The translations under genes and the position numbers were made by a program. A model generated the notes under the pieces. It ran no database searches. It was not told the origin of the DNA and saw only the letters and a list, made by a program, of their open reading frames with translations. This document shows positions 59,012-64,000 of a DNA stretch of 64,000 nt, piece by piece; positions within the stretch are counted from its first letter, which is position 1; the number at the start of each line of letters is the position of its first letter. This DNA comes from an uncultured Peptococcaceae bacterium (lineage in GTDB: Bacteria; Bacillota; Dehalobacteriia; UBA7702): contig CAZWWH010000003.1 in the NCBI GenBank assembly GCA_964637365.1, forward strand, positions 13,418 to 77,417. The letters are read 5' to 3'.

Positions 59012-60307
59012 TCAATACACGCCGGACCATACCAAAAGATCAATGACCCGGCTGAGAATGGTGGCCATTTGAGCTCTGGTGCAGGTACCCTGGGGAACCA
59101 GATTATCACCGATGCCGGTGATGATACCGTATTCAGCGCACCAGGTCATGGCTTTTTTGGCATAGCTCTGAACCTTGGATGCGTCATAGAAATAGTCATT
59201 GAGGTCGATTTCCGTGGTGTCATCATAGCCCAAATATTCGGTACAGTATCTGTAGATGAAGGTTGCGGCCTGTTCACGAGTTAAGGCAGCGTTGGGTGCA
59301 AAGGTGGTGGCGGTCATACCTTTGGTGATGTCCTCTGCCACAGCCCAAGTCACAGCATCTTTGGCCCAACTGAATTTCGAGGTCACATCAGTGAAGGGAA
59401 TGGCGCCGCTGACTTCAGGTTCCCCTTCCAGACGGTAGAGCATGGTAACCATCATGGCACGGGTCAGTTGACCTTCGGGAACAAAGGTGGTGGGAGTCAT
59501 GCCCTGCATGATTTCTCTGGCAGAAACAAAGTTCACATTGGCTTGGCTCCAATGGCCTTTCATATCAGTGAAAGCAATGCTGTTATCAACATAGGCATAA
59601 TCAATATTGCCGGTTACGGCAAATACGAGCATTTTGTTTTCAGCATCGTATGCGGATTTTGTAATGACGTAGGCGTCGTCACCAATCACTTCAATAGGTA
59701 CGATGGATTCATTGAGGCTTTCGTCAGATGTCGTCAGGTAAGCATCAACACCATTGACCCCCTGGAAGGTAAGGGAGGCATACTCCTTCGTCACGTCCAT
59801 GGCCACAACGAAATGATCTCCAGTGCAGGCGGGCACTTCGTTATAAAGAAGATTTTCACCGAACATGGAGGTAGAGAAAATCATGCTGTCATTGGTTGCA
59901 GCTTTCAGCTTTTCCATCGAAGCCTTGGAAACGGCAATTGATTGCGCTTTAGAGCTGTCGTCGGCCATGGTGCCAGCCATGGTCATCAAGGTAATTGCAT
60001 TCACCTTATTGGCTTTGGCAATTTCCAAAATTTTAGCAACCTCTTCATCAGTGTAGGCAGCAGCATATACATTATTAGCGACTGTACCATTGTGAAGCAC
60101 AACGAGAACCCCATCGCTAATGGCATAACTGCAATTGTCGTTGATCTTCGTCAGGGCAATGTCGCTGACTTCAGCCGCGGCGTTGCTGATGGAAGAGAGT
60201 TCCGCAGTGTCTGCGGTAGCGGCCAAAGCGCCCATGGAACCAAAGGCCAATACACAGGCAATGACCAAGCACAAAACAAGTAGTTTTTTCTTCATTTTTA
60301 CATTCAT
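59012..60307 (-). CDS. SLH-domain surface protein
   Basis: Signal peptide; three SLH motifs (LTRAM, LTREQ, CTRAQ). Confidence 0.9.
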   Translation of the reverse strand: MNVKMKKKLLVLCLVIACVLAFGSMGALAATADTAELSSISNAAAEVSDIALTKINDNCSYAISDGVLVVLHNGTVANNVYAAAYTDEEVAKILEIAKANKVNAITLMTMAGTMADDSSKAQSIAVSKASMEKLKAATNDSMIFSTSMFGENLLYNEVPACTGDHFVVAMDVTKEYASLTFQGVNGVDAYLTTSDESLNESIVPIEVIGDDAYVITKSAYDAENKMLVFAVTGNIDYAYVDNSIAFTDMKGHWSQANVNFVSAREIMQGMTPTTFVPEGQLTRAMMVTMLYRLEGEPEVSGAIPFTDVTSKFSWAKDAVTWAVAEDITKGMTATTFAPNAALTREQAATFIYRYCTEYLGYDDTTEIDLNDYFYDASKVQSYAKKAMTWCAEYGIITGIGDNLVPQGTCTRAQMATILSRVIDLLVWSGVY

Positions 60308-60706
60308 CCTCCTAATTTATTTTTGGATAGTGATTTATGATAGGCTAATTGTACCATAGTTTCATGATTCTGTAAACATCGTATTAATATTTTTAACGAC
60401 AAAATTCTACAAAACCAAGGCCGACGGTAAAAATATAGATTTATAGATTGTAAAAAGAACTAAGATTTCAAGTTTTATGTTAAATACAGCGCTTTACGAC
60501 GATTGAAGCATGGAACTGAAAGACAACCCCATTTCCGCAACAGAAATACACTATGATTCCAAGCATCATGCTTGAGAATTTAAATTTTTTAGGAATTATG
60601 GAAAAAATATATGAAAACTCCTTTGCAAGGCCTTGCTTTTTTTGTATAATAAGGTATAATGAACGGATTATAAAATAATTTTGAAGAATTAGGAGTGAAA
60701 CGAAAA

Positions 60707-62215
60707 ATGGCATTTTATTATGATGAGCCTTCCCATACATTCAGTGAATATTTGTTGGTTCCCGGATATTCCTCTTCCCAGTGCATTCCTGCCAATGTAT
60801 CGTTAAAAACCCCTTTGGTCAAATTTAAAAAAGGAGAAGAACCCTCCATTTCCATGAATATTCCTCTGATTTCTGCCATCATGCAGTCGGTTTCCGATGA
60901 CAGAATGGCCATTGCCCTCGCAAAAGAAGGCGGCGTTTCCTTTTTATACGGTTCTCAAACCGTAGAGCAGCAGGCTGATATGGTGCGCCGCGTAAAAAAC
61001 CATAAGGCAGGCTTTGTATCCAGTGATTCCAATATCGGACCCGAAAATACTTTAGCTGACATTTTAGCGTTAAAGGAAAAAACCGGCCACTCTACCGTGG
61101 CGGTAACAGAGGACGGCACTGCCAATGGAAAAATGATTGGTATTGTCACCAGCCGCGATTACCGTGTCAGCCGCATGGAAAAAACCGTAAAGGTCAAGGA
61201 GTTCATGACCCCCATTGAAAAGGTGGTCTACGCCAAAGAAGGTACCAGCCTGAAAGAAGCCAACGACATCATTTGGGAACATAAGCTCAATGCCCTGCCC
61301 ATTCTCGACGACAACCAGAGAATGGTGGCTTTTGTGTTCCGAAAGGATTACGATTCCCATAAAGAAAACCCCAATGAATTGTTGGACAGCCATAAACGCT
61401 ATGTGGTAGGCGCCGGGATCAACACCAGAGACTACGCCCAGCGTGTCCCCGCTTTGGTGGAAGCAGGCGCCGACGTGCTCTGCATCGATTCCTCGGAAGG
61501 GTTTTCTGAATGGCAAAAACTCACCATTGACTGGATTCGCGAACATTATGGCGACAGCGTCAAGGTAGGCGCCGGCAACGTCGTGGACGCCGAAGGTTTC
61601 CGTTTCCTGGCAGAAGCAGGTGCGGACTTCATTAAAATCGGTATCGGCGGCGGCTCCATCTGTATTACCCGTGAAGCGAAAGGGATTGGCCGCGGTCAGG
61701 CCACTGCCGTCATCGACGTGGCAAAGGCCCGTGACGAATATTTCAAGGAAACCGGTGTGTATATTCCCATCTGCTCTGACGGCGGTATTGTTCATGACTA
61801 CCACATCACCCTGGCCTTGGCCATGGGCTGCGATTTCTGTATGCTGGGTCGTTACTTCTCCCGCTTTGACGAAAGCCCCACCAACAAGGTCATCGTCAAT
61901 GGCAACTATATGAAGGAATATTGGGGCGAAGGTTCCGCCCGTGCCAGAAACTGGCAGCGTTACGACTTGGGCGGCGACGCCAAACTCTCCTTTGAAGAAG
62001 GCGTGGATTCCTACGTTCCCTACGCAGGCAGTCTCCATGACAATGTAGGCATTACCCTGAGCAAAATCAAATCCACCATGTGTAATTGCGGCGCTTTGAA
62101 TATCCCTGAATTGCAGGAGAAGGCCAAGTTGACCTTAGTTTCCTCTGTCAGCATCATTGAAGGCGGCGCCCACGACGTAGTAGTAAAAGACAAAAACACC
62201 ATCCTTTCCGAATAA
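60707..62215 (+). CDS. guaB: IMP dehydrogenase
   Basis: CBS pair, [12 protein letters not shown] active-site loop, SDGGI and YWGEGS. Confidence 0.96.
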   Translation: MAFYYDEPSHTFSEYLLVPGYSSSQCIPANVSLKTPLVKFKKGEEPSISMNIPLISAIMQSVSDDRMAIALAKEGGVSFLYGSQTVEQQADMVRRVKNHKAGFVSSDSNIGPENTLADILALKEKTGHSTVAVTEDGTANGKMIGIVTSRDYRVSRMEKTVKVKEFMTPIEKVVYAKEGTSLKEANDIIWEHKLNALPILDDNQRMVAFVFRKDYDSHKENPNELLDSHKRYVVGAGINTRDYAQRVPALVEAGADVLCIDSSEGFSEWQKLTIDWIREHYGDSVKVGAGNVVDAEGFRFLAEAGADFIKIGIGGGSICITREAKGIGRGQATAVIDVAKARDEYFKETGVYIPICSDGGIVHDYHITLALAMGCDFCMLGRYFSRFDESPTNKVIVNGNYMKEYWGEGSARARNWQRYDLGGDAKLSFEEGVDSYVPYAGSLHDNVGITLSKIKSTMCNCGALNIPELQEKAKLTLVSSVSIIEGGAHDVVVKDKNTILSE

Positions 62216-62319
62216 TTTTTATGATAAAGCAATCAAAGCAGTGCCGTTTTCAGCGCTGCTTTTTATTTTATCAGCGAAGTGCTTTAACACTACATTTTTT
62301 GGGAAATGGGCATTAAAAA

Positions 62320-62550
62320 TCATTGCATCTTATCCCCAGAGAAAGCCATAAATACAATGATTCCTACAATGACCATGGAAAAAAAGACCAGTACGGCAAT
62401 TTCACCGCTTATGGTTCCCGATTTAAAAAGTACGCCGATCATAAGCCCGATCCATCCGGTATATAAAAGACACCCACCGCCCCCAAGGCGTCCGTCATCT
62501 GTTTTCTCAATGTCGCTATGATACTTACATTCTGTATTTTTATTTGACAT
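62320..62550 (-). CDS. Small two-TM membrane protein
   Basis: RBS AGGAGG before MSNKNTECK; two hydrophobic segments. Confidence 0.6.
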   Translation of the reverse strand: MSNKNTECKYHSDIEKTDDGRLGGGGCLLYTGWIGLMIGVLFKSGTISGEIAVLVFFSMVIVGIIVFMAFSGDKMQ

Positions 62551-62728
62551 CCAATTCCTCCTTCCCGTTGTTTCCAAGGGAAATAAAAAGTGCTGTGCCC
62601 CAAAACGGGTACACAGCACTTTTATGATAAAATAAAGGCTTATCACAATGGAGATAATGCAAACCTACCACACGTCAAAATACGGTAAATCCCTTGCAAA
62701 ACGCAGGTAATTCACGTATAATGTACAC

Positions 62729-62818
62729 GTGCGGTGTGAGTCAAAAACTCTTGGCTTTGGGTGTGTGGACCCTGGCTGACCTCTGAAATGTTGGCGCATT
62801 TCAGGGGATGCCGCATCT
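62729..62818 (+). ncRNA. Candidate cloverleaf sRNA, C4-antisense-like
   Basis: TTGCAA-17-TATAAT promoter at 62694-62722; closing stem GTGCGGTGT/ATGCCGCAT enclosing three hairpins, with loops GTGTGG and TTGGCG. Confidence 0.55.
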
Positions 62819-63085
62819 TTATTATATTTTATCCATTTCCCAAGACCGAACAGTAATCTGTTCGATGGTCTGAATATAACACAGATTACCAAATTTTGCA
62901 AGAATTTTCTTGTTTGCGCCAATTTCATAGAAACAAAGAAACGATGCTGTCAAAAGACAGCACTTTTTTACCTTTTGTAAACATATGTTCTATAATAAAT
63001 TTCGTCTTTGTTTTTCTATGGTCCTGTGCTATAATAAAATAGAAGAACATGGAAAAAGAAACAACCTTGGCGGAAAGGAAATAAA

Positions 63086-63859
63086 ATGGCAAAAGTAATC
63101 GTCATTGCGAACCAAAAAGGCGGTGTAGGCAAAACCACAACTGCGGTGAACCTTAGTGCTTATTTGGGACATCATCATAAAAAAACCCTGCTAGTGGACA
63201 TGGATCCCCAGGGAAATGCAACCAGCGGCGTGGGCATTGACCGCAAGGGCTTGGAGCATTGCGTTTATGATTCTCTCATCAACGACGTGCCGGCCAAGGC
63301 CCTTATTATCAAAACCCCCTTTGAAAAACTGGAGGTTCTCCCCTCCTCCCGCCAGCTGGGCGGCGCTGAAATTGAGCTAGTGGATGAAAGTAACCGGGAA
63401 AAGAAATTAAAAGAACAGATTGACCGTCTGCGGGATGACTATGACTTTATTATCATTGACGCTCCGCCGACCTTAGGCCTTTTGACATTAAACGGCCTCA
63501 ACGCCGCTGACAGTCTTCTGGTTCCGCTACAATGTGAGTATTACGCTTTGGAGGGGTTGGGAGACATCACCAACACCTTTCAACTGGTGAAACGCCACAT
63601 GAACCCGAACTTGGAGTTAGAGGGGGTTCTTTTGACGATGTACGATGGCCGCACCAATCTTTCCCAGGAGGTGGCCGAGGAGGTGCGTGCTCATTTTAAG
63701 GACAAGGTCTTCAAAACGGTGATTCCCAGAACCGTGCGGCTTTCTGAGGCCCCCAGCTACGGTGTACCGATTTTGGAATATGATCCCAAATCCAAGGGAG
63801 CCGAGGTATACGACGCATTGGCGAAGGAGGTAATCAAACATGGCAAAAAGCGGAAATAA
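63086..63859 (+). CDS. parA: Chromosome partitioning ATPase ParA/Soj
   Basis: NQKGGVGKTTT, DMDPQGNAT, PLQCEYYALEGL and VRLSEAPSYG. Confidence 0.97.
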   Translation: MAKVIVIANQKGGVGKTTTAVNLSAYLGHHHKKTLLVDMDPQGNATSGVGIDRKGLEHCVYDSLINDVPAKALIIKTPFEKLEVLPSSRQLGGAEIELVDESNREKKLKEQIDRLRDDYDFIIIDAPPTLGLLTLNGLNAADSLLVPLQCEYYALEGLGDITNTFQLVKRHMNPNLELEGVLLTMYDGRTNLSQEVAEEVRAHFKDKVFKTVIPRTVRLSEAPSYGVPILEYDPKSKGAEVYDALAKEVIKHGKKRK

Positions 63860-64000
63860 GCGGGGCTTAGGCCGTGGCTTAGGAGCATTGATTCCCGAAG
63901 CCGAGGAAAATTTTATCATGGAGTCTCCTGCCAAATCACCTCAACCTCATGTGGCAGAGACCGACAGTGAAAATCCCGCCATGGTGGCCATATCTAAAAT
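63840..64000 (+). CDS. parB: ParB/Spo0J, 5' part (truncated by the window end)
   Basis: MAKSGNKRGLGRGLGALI overlapping the parA end. Confidence 0.92.
   Translation, partial: MAKSGNKRGLGRGLGALIPEAEENFIMESPAKSPQPHVAETDSENPAMVAISK

Noticed and set aside
62320-62928. Second amber read-through joining ORFs 62665-62928 and 62320-62646 (same frame, TAG between)
   Set aside because: The upstream part overlaps a promoter, structured RNA and terminator, has no RBS or known motif, and the downstream gene has its own strong RBS

Overview
Chromosomal window from an anaerobic Bacillota (Clostridia/Peptococcaceae-like, inferred from SLH proteins, T-box and gene content). Housekeeping content: rpmG-secE-nusG-rplK-rplA, serS with a T-box, four tRNAs, tmRNA, TPP-riboswitch cytX-thiE-thiD, guaB and parA-parB. 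Accessory content: (i) a complete cobalamin-riboswitch-controlled bzaA-bzaB-cobT-bzaC-bzaD-bzaE operon, divergent from a second cobalamin riboswitch driving an orphan ECF-type S component; (ii) a sigma54-driven methylamine locus in which an MttB gene has an in-frame TAG exactly at the pyrrolysine position, next to a non-Pyl MttB paralog, two APC permeases and a RACo/RamA-type activator; (iii) a translationally coupled RiPP-like cassette (Cys-containing precursor ending in Ser, HPr-kinase-like protein, radical SAM/SPASM enzyme) between a lipoprotein gene and a mosaic GH20-SLH surface protein gene; (iv) a feo operon sharing a palindromic operator with an SLH protein gene; (v) an Abi_2/AbiF HEPN gene, integration scars at serS and tRNA-Arg, and several candidate structured ncRNAs, including a C4-like cloverleaf RNA upstream of parA. 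All calls come from reading the sequence; no searches were run.
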